From the NCBI GenBank assembly GCA_964187785.1, contig OZ076409.1, positions 31,808,001 to 31,872,000 of the forward strand: a DNA stretch of 64,000 nucleotides. The letters are read 5' to 3'. Both the position numbers and the translations under genes were made by a program. Of the stretch, positions 1 through 13,256 are shown piece after piece (the stretch's first letter is position 1; each line of letters starts with the position of its first letter). Origin of the DNA: Amphiscolops sp. MND2022 (taxonomy: Eukaryota). The notes below the pieces were generated by a model. That model was not told the origin of the DNA and ran no database searches. It saw only the letters and a program-made list of their open reading frames with translations.

Positions 1-1839
1 TATAAAAAATAGGCCTATGATGTTCAAAAAAACGATGTGAATCTACTTTGCTAGCAAGATACTGGCATCTGCTAATGTTTTAGGCGACACACATAGAAAA
101 CATAATTGAGAAGTTTGATGAAACTTTGTTGGGTGATTATTTTCAGGCCTATGCGAATTATGACAATTCGGCCTAGAGGTAGTAATGTCTATACCCTATA
201 ATCTAAACGAACATAAATTTTAGAAACTTGACACGAAGTATGATGTTTTTTTCTTACAGGCTGCGAGAATATTTCTCACTCTTTACGACTTGAAGAGCTG
301 CTGATCCTTTTTTTTGGCTCAACAAGCCAGAAAATTTTCTCACCAAGCAGTACCACGTGAAAAACTGACAAGCTCACAAAATCAAGGTGCCAAGGGATGA
401 TACGTTTGTCAACAGGTAGTTCCAGGTGCTCTCCGTCAGGTTCCCGTTATTCCCAAAGGCTGTCAACTTTCGACTGCGACATTTTGTACTGCAGGTGGTT
501 AAACATCTCAAACATAAAGAGGTGAAACCTTTCATCAATGTGTTAACTGAATTCTTTTGTTTTGAGGAGAACTTCTCGAAAAAGTATTTTCTTTTCATAA
601 ACACTTACATGGCCCTACATTCAAGCAAACTGCAGAACAAAATTTGTAAGTTTCATCTTTGAATAAAGAGTATAATTCGTTTTCACTTTATTGGCAACTT
701 AGTCCTATTTTCACCTAAAGATCTAACAACTGCATGGTGAATGGTGACATCTAGCATGTTCACGGGTCCTTCACGTGCTGCTTCTGGACCAGCCAGCTGT
801 AACGGTAGATAATGCTCTTCGGTCAAATCTCGTATCTGTGAATTATTTTGTACGGTAGTTTAGGCGTTTTTAACAAACTTCTATTGGATGCGTAAACAGA
901 CTAGATTTGAGTAAACGTTGTGGAGAGTATACCACTGTATAATTTACCAGTGGAAAACGAAATTAAAGGTAGAAGTCGATGGTTTCTAAACTATACATAT
1001 TATACAATGTTATCGATTCTTCACGAACAATGTGATTTCAACAACTTTGTTTTGGCTGCGAGAATTGGAACAATAACGAATAAAGACGTTATGAATAATT
1101 TAGTTACTGAAGAATCACATCATATTAAACCATTGGAGAAGTAATTTAAAGCTAATGGTCCATGAATTCGGAACGATAAAAAGATACAAGTTTGTTGTTT
1201 CTCCACAGCAATGAATATACACGTTTGTGTGCGTGCTCAGATCAGGGAGAGTTGTTCTGTATGACAACACCATTTTACGGTGTGAAAGCTCACCTCGTTT
1301 GTTTCTGCCGACTTTGCAGAGTTGGGGAGATCTGGACTCCCAAAATGATGCAACAGATGTTCTGCTAGAGACAGAAACTGAGTTGCCCTGTCCACGGGAA
1401 TATGTAAAATGACCTCTTTGTTTTTGTCTCCTCTCCACAGGATTGCAAAACCATGGGACAAATAATGAGACCTCTTCCGTCTGGTGTTTCACGTCCCAAT
1501 GTCAAACAACGCACTTTGGGATAGTACTCTGAGTTCTTCCCTAAATGCGCTCATAGTTCCTAAGAACAAAAAACAACTACATAAATTTATTAGTACTTTA
1601 AGGGGGCCTTTTTGTCTTGTCTAATGTAAATGAAAAAACTTGACTTTCAAACTGTTTCTTCGCATCAAAACCGTTTATATTTTGACATCTCCCAAATTGT
1701 TAACTTAATGATGACGTTAGAGCGTCCACATAGTTTAATTTGCTTCGTCTCTATCAGAGGTTTAGGACTGTTATAATGGTAAAACAACACTTTTTCTTGA
1801 TTCACCTTAATTGCTTTTAGGCCTTTTTATATCAACATA

Positions 1840-4800
1840 GTTTACCTAAAGATACTTGAAAAAGCTTTGTTAACTATATCATAGCTTTTAGTACGAATAT
1901 CCCCTACCTGTAAGTGCCAACGTTGACCGTCTTGCTGGGGAACTGCGACATCTTCTTGTCTTTGAATCATTGGTTCGGGTAACGCTACAGATGCCGCAGC
2001 AGATTGCTCCGGATAGAGAACTGCTGTTCACACCTCCTCGGCTCATTTGTTTAAATTTCCCCTATACAGTCTTTGCTATAAAAGTAAGAGCCAACTTAAA
2101 ACACGGGCAATATACATTCTGCTTCCCAACTACAACTATAAAACAATCACATTCTGTATCTTGAAAGATAGACACTTGTTATCATACGTAACAAGTCCGT
2201 TTCTGTAGATAAGTTTTTTGAGATCTTTAGCTTAGAGTATTTCCTCATTTGCCCTTTTGGCACGGCTTTGGGATTGCTGAAGACGTCTGAGGGCATCTGG
2301 TATCGACAACCTCCGGCAACAGCTTGCACCCTTCGCGTTTTTGGACGTGCCTGTTGTAACTAAACAACTTAGTCGACTCGTAAAGGTACTCGGGATACTT
2401 CATGTGGATGGTTGACGGCATTTTCTGGGTTTTCGAAAAATATTGTTTATACTTTTATTCATCTCGTTTACTTATCTGTTTTAACCCTTGCGAAACCGTT
2501 AAAATGATCTGGCTCAACGTTATTTTTAAGTCCTAAACTTATTGCGCTCAAGCATTCGTTAAATCTCTCTAAATCTTATATTCCTTGAGCTCATGGCGTC
2601 GTTACATCTAACTAAAGGTTTTTCCATGTCCGAAACTCATCGCGCTTTTGGAGTCGTTATATCTGGCTAAACGTTTACTTTGTATCGAATTCTGACTGCG
2701 CTCGAGGAATCGTTTCATCTGACTAGAAGCTTGTTTAAACTGGAACAGCTGCAAGTTTTTGGGACCGCAAAGAGTATATTGTACCATTCAAAAATTATAA
2801 AATTTATGACCTACCTTATTTGAAGAAGGTACTTGCTCGAAATTCGAATACTTGGAGTCTTTGGAGACTTGAATCAATATTTTGAGCAGGCGAAAGGAGC
2901 TCTTTTTAGCAAAACTGGTTGTTAAATAGCGTTTTTGAGGAAAGTGGGGAAACTTGAAGTTTGTTTAGATGACGCAGTAAATTCGGTGCGTTATGGTCAC
3001 GTGACAAAGAGTTCACTCAAGGAGCGAACCAAATTCACTGGAAAACATGAAAATTTCGTTGATTTGGAAGTTTTTTGACGCTTTGATTAGCTTTCGTCAA
3101 TTTTTTCTGTTCTAAACTGAAATGAGCAACTTTGAATGAATTAATGTAAAAGAAAAGATTTCGTCGGCATGAAATGTTTAATTTGTCCAAAATATTTGGT
3201 TGGACATTTTTGCCTCCCGAAACAGCTTGGAGGGGGGATGAATAACATGGTCCCAAAATCTTGCAAATGAGAAAAAAACCAAACAGTCTTGTTTTCGGAC
3301 CTTGTTTCTTTTTCCCTCCCGCCCAGGTACGTGTTGTTTCAAACTCCCCTCCCAACTTCCCCCCTTTCTCCAACAGGAAAGCACATTCGGTTGTTGAAAA
3401 AAAGTGTTCAATGACAAGAGATTTTTACTAGAATTAAATCTTTGGATAATTGTCTTTACGGCTGTTTTGACACTTGCAGCAAAAAATGACCCTACTTTGT
3501 TGATACTATAGTTCAGGAGAGCAAATGAGAAACTTAAAAGATTGCATTATGTCTTCACTAATACTGATGTTTATGGATGTGGCCAATGCAACGTCATAAT
3601 GAGAATGGTAGCGCAGTGAAAAAATCCGTTGGTATGTAGGAAGCTAAATGCTTTGTCTACCACCTGATCGACCCCCGACAACTTCACCCTGTGTGGCTCT
3701 ATAAAAACATTTCGGACGATATTTCTCTCCATCTTGATACCCCAAAAGACATCGGTCTTATTCTGCTTCACAAGGGTTGGATGAGCACACAACGAATGAT
3801 CCCTGCGTCACTTCGTCACTTTTCACGTCCTTTTTGGTAGTTCATCCCTCTGAATGAGTTTCCTCGCTGGGCAATCAATTTCACATCGAAAAATGTTTTC
3901 TGATTTTTGGTTCTTCTTCCGTTTTATTGTTTTGATTTATAACTTATATTAAATGTAATTCATACTTGGACGCTCCTGGAGTAGTTACAACTTTAACTGT
4001 ATCAATTATTAACAACCTTAACAACTTGAACAGCTGTTCAACGTTCAACAACATTGCTTGAACATCCCACTTTTTCAAATGCTCATGGATCCGTTACATT
4101 TACGAGGTTCATATGATCCTAAAACTCACTGGAAAAATCACATGTCATCTTCTATTGAATTGTGTCTTTGATTAGAAAAATTAGGTTATTATTAAAGAAT
4201 TTGAAAATAATAAATTCAAAACAAAAGTATTCTTTAAAAATACCGTCCTAATATTAAATATGATATGCAATTTAAAAGAAACTACAACAAATTATTGAGA
4301 AAACTTACAAATTGAAAAGTTTAAGAGACAACAGGCCTTTACCTTTAAAGTAATGATAATCATCATGATGCTGAAATGATAAGAAATATAACGATGATGT
4401 TTTTATGCTGAAAAATTTGAATAATGACAATATAATTATTTTTCAGTGGAAACATTGGTTCGAAAATCGGGCAAACTTTAGAACTGAGGAATTGGAAATA
4501 CTTGGTAATGGTCTTGCAAATTCGCAAAGGAAGTATCTCTACCCAGGTTTTTTGAAAAATCACTTTACATCAAGAATGTACAAAAGATGGATGAAGAATC
4601 CTCAAAGAAGTGTTCAAAAACCCACATAATTTCAAGAATATACACAAGACAGTTGAAGAAACCCCATAAATTTAATAATTGAGAGAAACAAGTGAAATTT
4701 TGCTTCAGGCATTTTTTCACAGGTCACGCAGGTGTTAGTGCAAGAATGCAGGAAAATCTTTCACTCCACTTGTCTCAATTTTCGAAAACAAATGTATTAT

Positions 4801-7291
4801 AATACAATTGAAGAATCGAAATAAGCGTACAACAGACGTTTTGCAGTCACTCTTTGTCCTCGATTGGTGTCGTAATACCGACTTGTTCTACAGTTTGCTT
4901 TGAAAATTTTACTTTGTGTAGATGCAAGTCTAACTTCTTTTTTTTGTCAAAATAGAATACAGACAGGCAGGCGCTCAAAAAGATACGAAAAGGCAACAAA
5001 AAATCAAAAATGCAACTAAGTTTTTTTTCGCAAACTACAATTCATCTTCTTTATTGGATGGATGAGAGAAAGCCAAAGGCGTCAATTTGAATTAGCCATA
5101 TGTTTCCCGAGACTTTACAATGACCAGGAAACCCCTGCAGGTTTTATTCGTTCAGGGTCATCCCAGAAAAAACGTTCAACAGATTGGATACATATATAAG
5201 TTAGGTCTATTGTATGACATATTGTCACCGGTATGACATATTGTCATACATATTGTATGACATATTTCATTGCTTTTAGGTCTTTTTTTTTTACCAACAT
5301 TTTAATCCTAAAAATAACTGAAAAAACACTGTCATCTTTATCATAGTTTTTAGTACGATAATCCCTTACGTGTTGTGCCAACGTTAACGACTTTCTGGGT
5401 AACCGCGAGAACTTCATGTCTTTGAACATTTGGTTCGGATATCGCTACAGATGCCGCAGAAGATTGCTCCGGATAGAAAACTGCTGTTCAGACGCCTCAG
5501 TTCAAATTTCTCCTACACAATCTCTGATATAAATGTGAAACCAACTTAAAACACGGGCAATATACATTCTACTTCGCAACTACAACCAACAAACTATCAC
5601 CTTAGTATCTTGAAAAGACAGACACTGTAGATATGTTTTCTATGAGATCACTAACTTACTGTGTTTCTTCGGAGCTCATTCGACCTTTTGGCACAACTCT
5701 GGGTTTGTTGAAGGTGTTTGAGGGCATCTGTTATAGACACAAGTTAGAGACAAAGGTTGCAAGTGAAGGTTTCACTTCCGGAGGCAACCTCCGGCGACGG
5801 CTTGAGCCCTTCGCATTTTTGGACGTTTCTGTTGTAACCAAACACTTCAGTCGACTCGTAAGGGCACTTGGGATACTTCATGTGGGTTGTCGACGGCATT
5901 TTCTGGGTTTTCAAAAATTGTTGTTTATACTTTTATGTATCCTGTTTACTTATCTGTTTTAACACTCATGAAGACGTTAAAATGATCTGGTTGAACGTTA
6001 CTCTTATGTCCCAAACTTATCCCGCTATTGAAGTCGTTTCAACTGACTAAATATTTGTTTAAACTGGAATAGTTACAACTTTAACTGTATCAAATAATAA
6101 CATCTTGAACAGCTCCTCAAATTTCGACAACATTGCTTCAACATCCCACTTTTTCAAAAGCTAATGGAATCGTTACAGTTACGAGGTTCATATTATTTCA
6201 AAACTCACCTCTAAAATCACATGTCATCTTAATGTGGAATATTGTCTCTGATTTGAAAAATTAGGTTATTACTGAAAACTTTGAAAAAAAAACTCCACAA
6301 CATATTTATATTTTAAAAATACTGTCGAAACAATAATTATAAATTGCAATTAAAAAGATTACAACAAGGTATTGACAAAATATACAAAATAAATAGTTTA
6401 AAAAACATTAGGATTTTACTTTTAGAGTAATGATAATCTTCATGATACTGGATTGAGAAGATATAACGATAAAGTTTTTTTCAACAAAATTGGAATTATA
6501 ACATTATAATTATATCCTAAGAGTGGTTTGGAAATTGGCCAAGTATTAGAACTGAGGTCCTGGAAATACTTGGTAAGGTTCTTGGAATTCACTTACTTAC
6601 AGAATTTACACAAGACGGATGACGAATCCACACAAGATGGTTGAAGAATCCACACAGGACCCTTCAAGAATCCTTCTTAATTTCAAGAATCTACACACGA
6701 CAGTTGATGAAACCTGAAGTTTCACTTCTGGCATTTCGTCAAGGTCACGCGGGAATGCAGGAAAGTATTTCACTCCACTTTTCTCATTTGTCGAAAACAC
6801 ATTTATTATAATACAATTGAAGAGCCCACATAAGACTACAGCAGACTTGTTGCAGTCACTGTTGGTCCCAAAGCGGCGTCGTAATACCGAATTTTTCTAC
6901 AATTTGCTTTGCAAACTTTATTTTGTGTAGATGCAAGCCTAACTTTTCTTTTTTGTCAAAATAAAATACAGAAAGGCAGGTACTCAGAAAGATACGAAAA
7001 AGCAACAAAAAAGCAACTGAAGGATTGACAAATGGATAAGAGAAAGCCAAAGGTGTTAACTGGAAATAGCTGTAAGTTTCCCGAGACTGTACATTGACCA
7101 AGTAACCCTCCAGGTTTTATGCGTTCAGGGGCAGTCGAGAAAAACAGATTCGATAGAGTTCAATAGATTGGATAAAGTTACAACCTAGGTCCGTTGTATG
7201 ACATGATGACATGATGTCACCAGCCTGGTTCTTCTAGACAAAGTCCGTTTCGGCAAAAAAAGAATTCAGCATTCTACTGGAGAGTATTCCT
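1840..7291. repeat. Degenerate ~2-kb tandem repeat family (at least two units; family resumes at 30256-30540 and 31030-31860)
   Basis: 1860-2750 aligns by eye with 5330-6075 (e.g. cgctacagatgccgcag, gattgctccggatag, aacacgggcaatatacattct). 3976-5200 aligns with 6063-7200. 6860-7480 aligns with 31030-31620. Boundaries approximate. Confidence 0.75.
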
Positions 7292-8583
7292 CAAACATAA
7301 GCAGTCTCAATCTCATTACAATTGTAGAAACTCTTCAGAAGTTGTCGAATTCCCGTTCCGGGCTAAGCATAAAAACCAGCGAACAAGTTAGTAAATCATC
7401 GAAAATAAACGTGCAAAAGCAATCAATCATCATCACAATTTGGCATTAATTTATTAAAGTCCCAAGACAGAAAATTAGCGACGGAAGTAGTAGAAGCACG
7501 TGGCATTATAGGTGGGGGGGGGGTTGAGTGAGTAACCAAATATGGACAACAAAACTTTCTGAAACGTTACGTAATAATTGCGATACGAACATGACGTATC
7601 CGAATATGAAAATACTCACCGAGAGCCGAACAAAATCCGAAAACAAAAGAAACAGGCCCGAAAATTTTTTGTTCGTATTTCAGGCAATGAAAGGAAAATT
7701 CCTTACCTTGGCGTGCTGGAAAGTAATAAAAATGGAAGGAGTGGCTTGTTAGAAATGGAAATGGAACGCAGATGGGATGAAAGGAAATGGAATCAATAAA
7801 AAGTCTTTCAATCTAGCAACTTTGAAATGAATGTGCTCTTAGATTATATTACCTTTCTTTTGAAGCGTGATTGCTGTGGAACAAATTTCCCTGATATTGC
7901 TTCATTTGCGTAATGGAAACAATCATTACCTAATCCAGCAAGCATATGAAAATCATCCCAGCTTCTTTTTACACAGAATTTTCACATTCTGTAAAAGGAC
8001 AAAATGACCTAAAATGTCTAAAAAAACATGAAAACTTCGGGAAAAAATGCTAATTTTTTGGAAAAAAGCAATCAAAATGCCTTCTAATTTGTTTTGGAAT
8101 TGTGAAGGCAACATTTTTTTGTTTATTATAACTGAAAAAAACAATGCCAAGTAACAGAGTGTCGGTCTTTTCTTTGATTCATCACTTGGCAACTCAAATT
8201 TGGTGGGTTCCGAGTTTCAAAGGAATAAAGGTGGACCCTGCAACACTTTGAAAACAGGTTCAAAGATAGTGGAGCCTTTGATTTGGGTCTTATGAGCCCT
8301 AAAAAATGAAAGTGGTTATTTATCCGAGTTTCCAAATGATTAGATATGGAAATTGTGTCTGGGTTGAAATCTTTGATGTTTCCCAGATAAAAGTGAAACT
8401 GGAAAAAACCGAAAGAGGTGCTTTGAGGCTTGGAAAAGTGGTAGATCCTGACGAGCTCAAAAAAATCATTCCTTACTCAATAATTTACTGAAAAGTTGTT
8501 TCGAAAACAAATATTTGCAATGCTTTCCTGGACGGAAATAGATGCGATTGACCACTTTGCGTGGGGCCTTGTAAATAATAAAC

Positions 8584-8939
8584 CCAGGACACCATGTGTC
8601 CTGGAGGTGTCCGACGAAACTTTAAACACCGTGTTGAACCTACCTCTTCTCCGCAGATCATTAACAAGGTGACCTTGTTAATGATCTGCGGAGAAGAGGT
8701 AGGTTCAATCTTTTACATTTTTAATTGCAAAACTTCTCTGAAGAAACACTCAGAAACGAAAACCAATACACTGTGTTTTGCTGCAGGGGATACAAGCCTA
8801 CATTAATGGCGTCAACATGGAGCCCGTGCTGGATGTGTTTGCCTTTTGGCAAATACGTAAACACCAGCACGGGCTGGTTCTTGCGTGCTTGGGAGCCTGG
8901 AGGAAGGGTACCCTCGATGCGGGTATCCTCCAGGCTCTC
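8584..8939 (+). other. Cluster of four stem-loops, copy 1, including a perfect 75-bp palindrome (8634-8708)
   Basis: Inverted repeats read directly: 8584-8604, 8634-8708 (37-bp arms, 1-nt centre), 8821-8875, 8891-8939. Confidence 0.85.
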
Positions 8940-9222
8940 CGAAAACTTGTACATAAATCATATAAAGTATATTGCAATAAGAACAAATTTTAATTAAAGT
9001 ATCTGCATGTTTTTTTTGTTTTTATCTGTGCTTGCACGATTTGTTCTAGTACCAAAACTATTCTGCTCTGACTCTAAAAGAACACATCATCTGTTTTCAG
9101 GTTTCATGGAAAAAAAGCACGCGATTGTTATTGGTGCTTCAAATCTTTGTAGAATCATTAAGGATTCATCTCATTATAAACATATTCAAATTCTCGCCGA
9201 ACGTGGCGGTCGTCATGAATAC

Positions 9223-9492
9223 TCCTCCTCCTCCTCCTCCTCCTCCTCCTCCTCCTCCTCCTCCTCCTCCTCCTCCTCCTCCTCCTCCTCCTCCTCCTCC
9301 TCCTCCTCCTCCTCCTCCTCCTCCTCCTCCTCCTCCTCCTCCTCCTCTTCCTCCTCCTCCTCCTCCTCCTCCTCCTCCTCCTCCTCCGCCTCCTCCTCCT
9401 CCTCCTCCTCCTCCTCCTCCTCCTCCTCCTCCTCCTCCTCCTCCTCCTCCTCCTCCTCCTCCTCCTCCTCCTCCTCCTCCTCCTCCTCCTCT
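9223..9492 (+). repeat. (TCC)n microsatellite, ~90 units
   Basis: Direct read; it generates the poly-S, poly-P and poly-G ORFs in the track. Confidence 0.98.
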
Positions 9493-9638
9493 TCTAAACA
9501 AAACTTTTCAAAACCTACACTTGACTCCTTGTTGTTTCGAGCCCTTTCTCGACCAGGGTGTCAGTTCGTCTTTATCTTTCCCGACATTCTCCGCTCACAA
9601 TGCCACCAAGTTAGTTGTACTCTTTTGTTTTTTTTCGA

Positions 9639-9666
9639 CCCTAACACTAACCCTAACCCTAACCCT
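9639..9666 (+). repeat. Short (CCCTAA)n telomere-like tract inside an intron (copy 2 at 14078-14105)
   Basis: ccctaacactaaccctaaccctaaccct. Confidence 0.8.
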
Positions 9667-10899
9667 GTTGCCCCGTAGCAACAAAATTGAGTTTTTTTGC
9701 GATTAAAAAAGATAGTTGATTGGGAAACAATGTGTTTAAGGGAACAAAAGTGTTTCAACACTGTCACCTAAAGACCTTACGGAAAAACTAATGCTCTGGA
9801 ACAGAGTTTGCAAAACGAAAGGTGTCAAACTAGTGATTGGTCTGGCGAGACGTAATCAACTTCTTCCCAATTCGAACAAAAAAGGGTCGATAAAGTTTTG
9901 CAGAAACAGCTCGAAAAGTGCAAATCTTTGAACGTGCACAAGATGCGTACCAGAGGTGTCGACATGACTGACCAATTTTACTACACTGAGCAGTTTTTGG
10001 AACGAACTTTGCTCGATGTTCTTCAATTGGCGTCTCCCAAAAACAACTAATAGCTAAGTTGTAGTTTTCATCTAACATTCTTCGAGACTCAATTTATGAA
10101 TTTGAATCTAGTTTTGTATATGATCAATTACTACTTTGTTTAACGTTAAAACTGGAACGTCAACGACCCCTCATGGAGAAAAATGAAAAATTCTGAAATG
10201 CGGTTTTAATGTCATATTCTGGTTGGAATTAAAATTTAAACATGAATGCATGGTCTTGACTCACGGAAAAACTTAGTTTCAGTCATTTTTTTTTTCATTT
10301 TTAAAACTCGAAAATTCACTTGTCAATGACTATCATGAACACGAATCGTGATATATATCATTGGAAAGACGGAAAAAAACCCTCTTGAAAAATTATTTTC
10401 CGAAAGGGAAAAAATCCCCCCATGGGGCAAAATTTTTGAAAAACTCCAGTTTTACAAGAAACGCCGTTTTGATGCAAAATTTAGATTTGGGACGACAAAT
10501 TAGACGAATTTGATGTGCCCATGTCTAGGGTTCACTCAATCTTTTCATTTGAATTTTTTTCAAAATATATTTTGTTTTCATCTTTATTGACTGAGAACAG
10601 CAGTTAGAGTAGCTCTTGTTTACCACCTGACAACTATACAAGATTCACAATGATCAACATAACATAGCAAATTCTGCCCTTTTTCCACACTGCAAAAAAT
10701 TTTTGCATTAGAATGAATAATTTTTATAAACTTTTTTCCCATCAATTAAAAACACGCTTCAAGCAAAACACGCTTCAAGCAAGCAGCTCTCATCCATTCT
10801 GCTGGTCACTGCTGAAGCTCTTTCAACAGTAGAAATGATTGTTCTTTGCAGTAGTTTAACATTATTGTTTTCAGAATAATTTTGTTGTTGTTGGAAACA

Positions 10900-11454
10900 A
10901 TGATTTACGTATTCACACAACGTAATGACGTCGAACGTATATTTGCCTACAAGACACATTTCGGAGCGTCGGCAATCCTAATGAAGGAAGTGAAAAACTC
11001 AGCAACAAATGATGAATGGAAAATTGTTGAGTCTTTTTTCCTACCGCTACATTTATTGCACTTAATTAGTGCTCAAAGTACAGTTGATACGGCAATAAAA
11101 ATGCTCAGATCGAACGACGACGACGACGAGCAAGAGGAAGAAGGAGAAAAAGACACTGACGACCAAAGTGTTTTTGACTTGACAGCTCCTAGTCCGCCAC
11201 AACTGCCCCGTCAATACTCTGTTGATTTGATGTTGGAAACGTATGACTGGAAAGAAATGGAATGCACACATCCAGGTTGTTTGAGTCTGGAATTGAGAAG
11301 AGAGTTCAATTGTTCGGAAAACACGCTAGTGCCCATTACGGAGAATCAATTGGAAACACAAGAATACGAAGAATCCTTACGATCTTATTGGTGTGTATCC
11401 GATAATACAGATAGCAACGCAGAAACTACAGCATCGACACTGTCACAAACATAA
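10900..11454 (+). pseudogene. 3'-truncated copy of the Polinton hypothetical acidic protein
   Basis: Matches the ORF at 15333 up to NAETTAS, then reads into the duplication junction. Confidence 0.75.
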
Positions 11455-11639
11455 GCAGTCTCAATCTCATTACAATTGTAGAAACTCTTCAGAAGTTGTC
11501 GAATTCCCGTTCCGGGCTAAGCATAAAAACCAGCGAACAAGTTAGTAAATCATCGAAAATAAACGTGCAAAAGCAATCAATCATCATCACAATTTGGCAT
11601 TAATTTATTAAAGTCCCAAGACAGAAAATTAGCGACGCA

Positions 11640-11770
11640 AGTAGTAGAAGCACGTGGCATTATAGGTGGGGGGGGGGGGTTGAGTGAGTAACCAAATATG
11701 GACAACAAAACTTTCTGAAACGTTACGTAATAATTGCGATACGAACATGACGTATCCGAATATGAAAATA
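11640..11770 (+). repeat. Left terminal inverted repeat of the Polinton
   Basis: First ~60 bp nearly identical to the reverse complement of 30190-30249; weaker similarity extends to ~125 bp (ttgcga, atgacgta, ccgaat blocks). Confidence 0.9.
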
Positions 11771-12735
11771 CTCACCGAGAGCCGAACAAAATCCGAAAAA
11801 AAGGCCCGAAAATTTTTTGTTCGTATTTCAGGCAATGAAAGGAAAATTCCTTACCTTGGCGTGCTGGAAAGTAATAAAAATGGAAGGAGTGGCTTGTTAG
11901 AAATGGAAATGGAACGCAGATGGGATGAAAGGAAATGGAATCAATAAAAAGTCTTTTAATCTAGCAACTTTGAAATGAATGTGCTCTTAGATTATATTAC
12001 CTTTCTTTTGAAGCGTGATTGCTGTGGAACAAATTTCCCTGATATTGCCTTCATTTGCGTAATGGAAACAATCATTACCTAATCCAGCAAGCATATGGAA
12101 ATCATCCCAGCTTCTTTTTACACCGAATTTTCACATTCTGTAAAAGGACAAAATGACCTAAAATGTCTGAAAAAAAACATGAAAAATTCGGGAAAAAATG
12201 CTAAATTTTTGGAAAAAAAGCAATCAAAATGCCTTCTAATTTGTTTTGGAATTGTGAAGGCAACATTTTTTTGTTAATTATAACTGAAAAAAACAATGCC
12301 ATTTAACAGAGTGTCGGTCTTTTCTTTGATTCATCACTTGGCAACTCAAATTTGGTGGGTTCCGAGTTTCAAAGGAATAAAGGTGGACCCTGCAACACTT
12401 TGAAAACAGGTTCAAAGATAGCGGAGCCTTTGATCCGGGTCTTATGAGCCCTAAAAAATGAAAGTGGTTATTTATCCGAGTTTCCAAATGATTAGATATG
12501 GAAATTGTGTCTGGGTTGAAATCTTTGATGTTTCCCAGATAAAAGTGAAACTGGAAAAAACCGAAAGAGGTGCTTTGAGGCTTGGAAAAGTGGTAGATCC
12601 TGACGAGCTCAAAAAAATCATTCCTTACTCAATAATTTACTGAAAAGTTGTTTCGAAAACAAATATTTGCAATGCTTTCCTGGACGGAAATAGATGCGAT
12701 TGACCACTTTGCGTGGGGCCTTGTAAATAATAAAC

Positions 12736-13091
12736 CCAGGACATCATGTGTCCTGGAGGTGTCCGACAAAACTTTAAACACCGTGTTGAACCTACCTCTT
12801 CTCCGCAGATCATTAACAAGGTGACCTTGTTAATGATCTGCGGAGGAGAGGTAGGTTCAATCTTTTACATTTTTAGTTGCAAAACTTCTCTGAAGAAACA
12901 CTCAGAAACGAAAACCAATACACTGTGTTCTGCTGCAGGGGATACAAGCCTACATTAATGGCGTCAACATGGAGCCCGTGCTGGATGTGTTTGCCTTTTG
13001 GCAAATACGTAAACACCAGCACGGGCTGGTTCTTGCGTGCTTGGGAGCCTGGAGGAAGGGTACCCTCGATGCGGGTATCCTCCAGGCTCTC
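12736..13091 (+). other. Cluster of four stem-loops, copy 2 (inside the full-length Polinton)
   Basis: 12736-12756, 12786-12860 (75-bp palindrome, one mismatch), 12973-13027, 13043-13091. Confidence 0.85.
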
Positions 13092-13256
13092 CGAGAACTT
13101 GTACATAAATCATATAAAGTATATTGCAATAAGAACAAATTTTAATTAAAGTATCTGCATGTTTTTTTGTTTTTATCTGTGCTTGCACGATTTGTTCTAG
13201 TACCAAAACTATTCTGCTCTGACTCTAAAATAACACATCATCTGTTTTCAGGTTTC

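Larger units (their letters stand above)
9106..10050 (+). pseudogene. SGNH/GDSL-hydrolase-like (Oskar OSK-like) gene, copy 1; intron 9610-9740; poly-Ser insertion; frameshifted
   Basis: N-terminal AIVIGASNL. Phase-compatible GTTAGT...TTTAAG intron. Lacks 7 nt relative to copy 2 near 9590 (frameshift), and reads DQFY where copy 2 has DQFH. Confidence 0.55.
7292..11436 (+). repeat. Tandem segmental duplication, copy 1 (copy 2 = 11446-15869); ~190 bp host flank plus Polinton left end
   Basis: caaacataagcagtctcaatc starts at both 7292 and 11446. Near-identity runs to ...actacagcatcg (11436 / 15869). A 9-bp linker acactgtca lies at 11437-11445. Confidence 0.95.
7486..11436 (+). mobile_element. 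Truncated duplicate of the Polinton left end (TIR plus first accessory genes)
   Basis: Begins agtagtagaagcacgtggcattataggtgggg, preceded by gacgga (one mismatch to the GACGCA TSD). Ends within the hypothetical ORF. Confidence 0.9.

Noticed and set aside
1..1640. Possible decayed spliced gene fragments
   Set aside because: Splice-like signals and short frames exist, but no consistent model or recognisable domain could be built.
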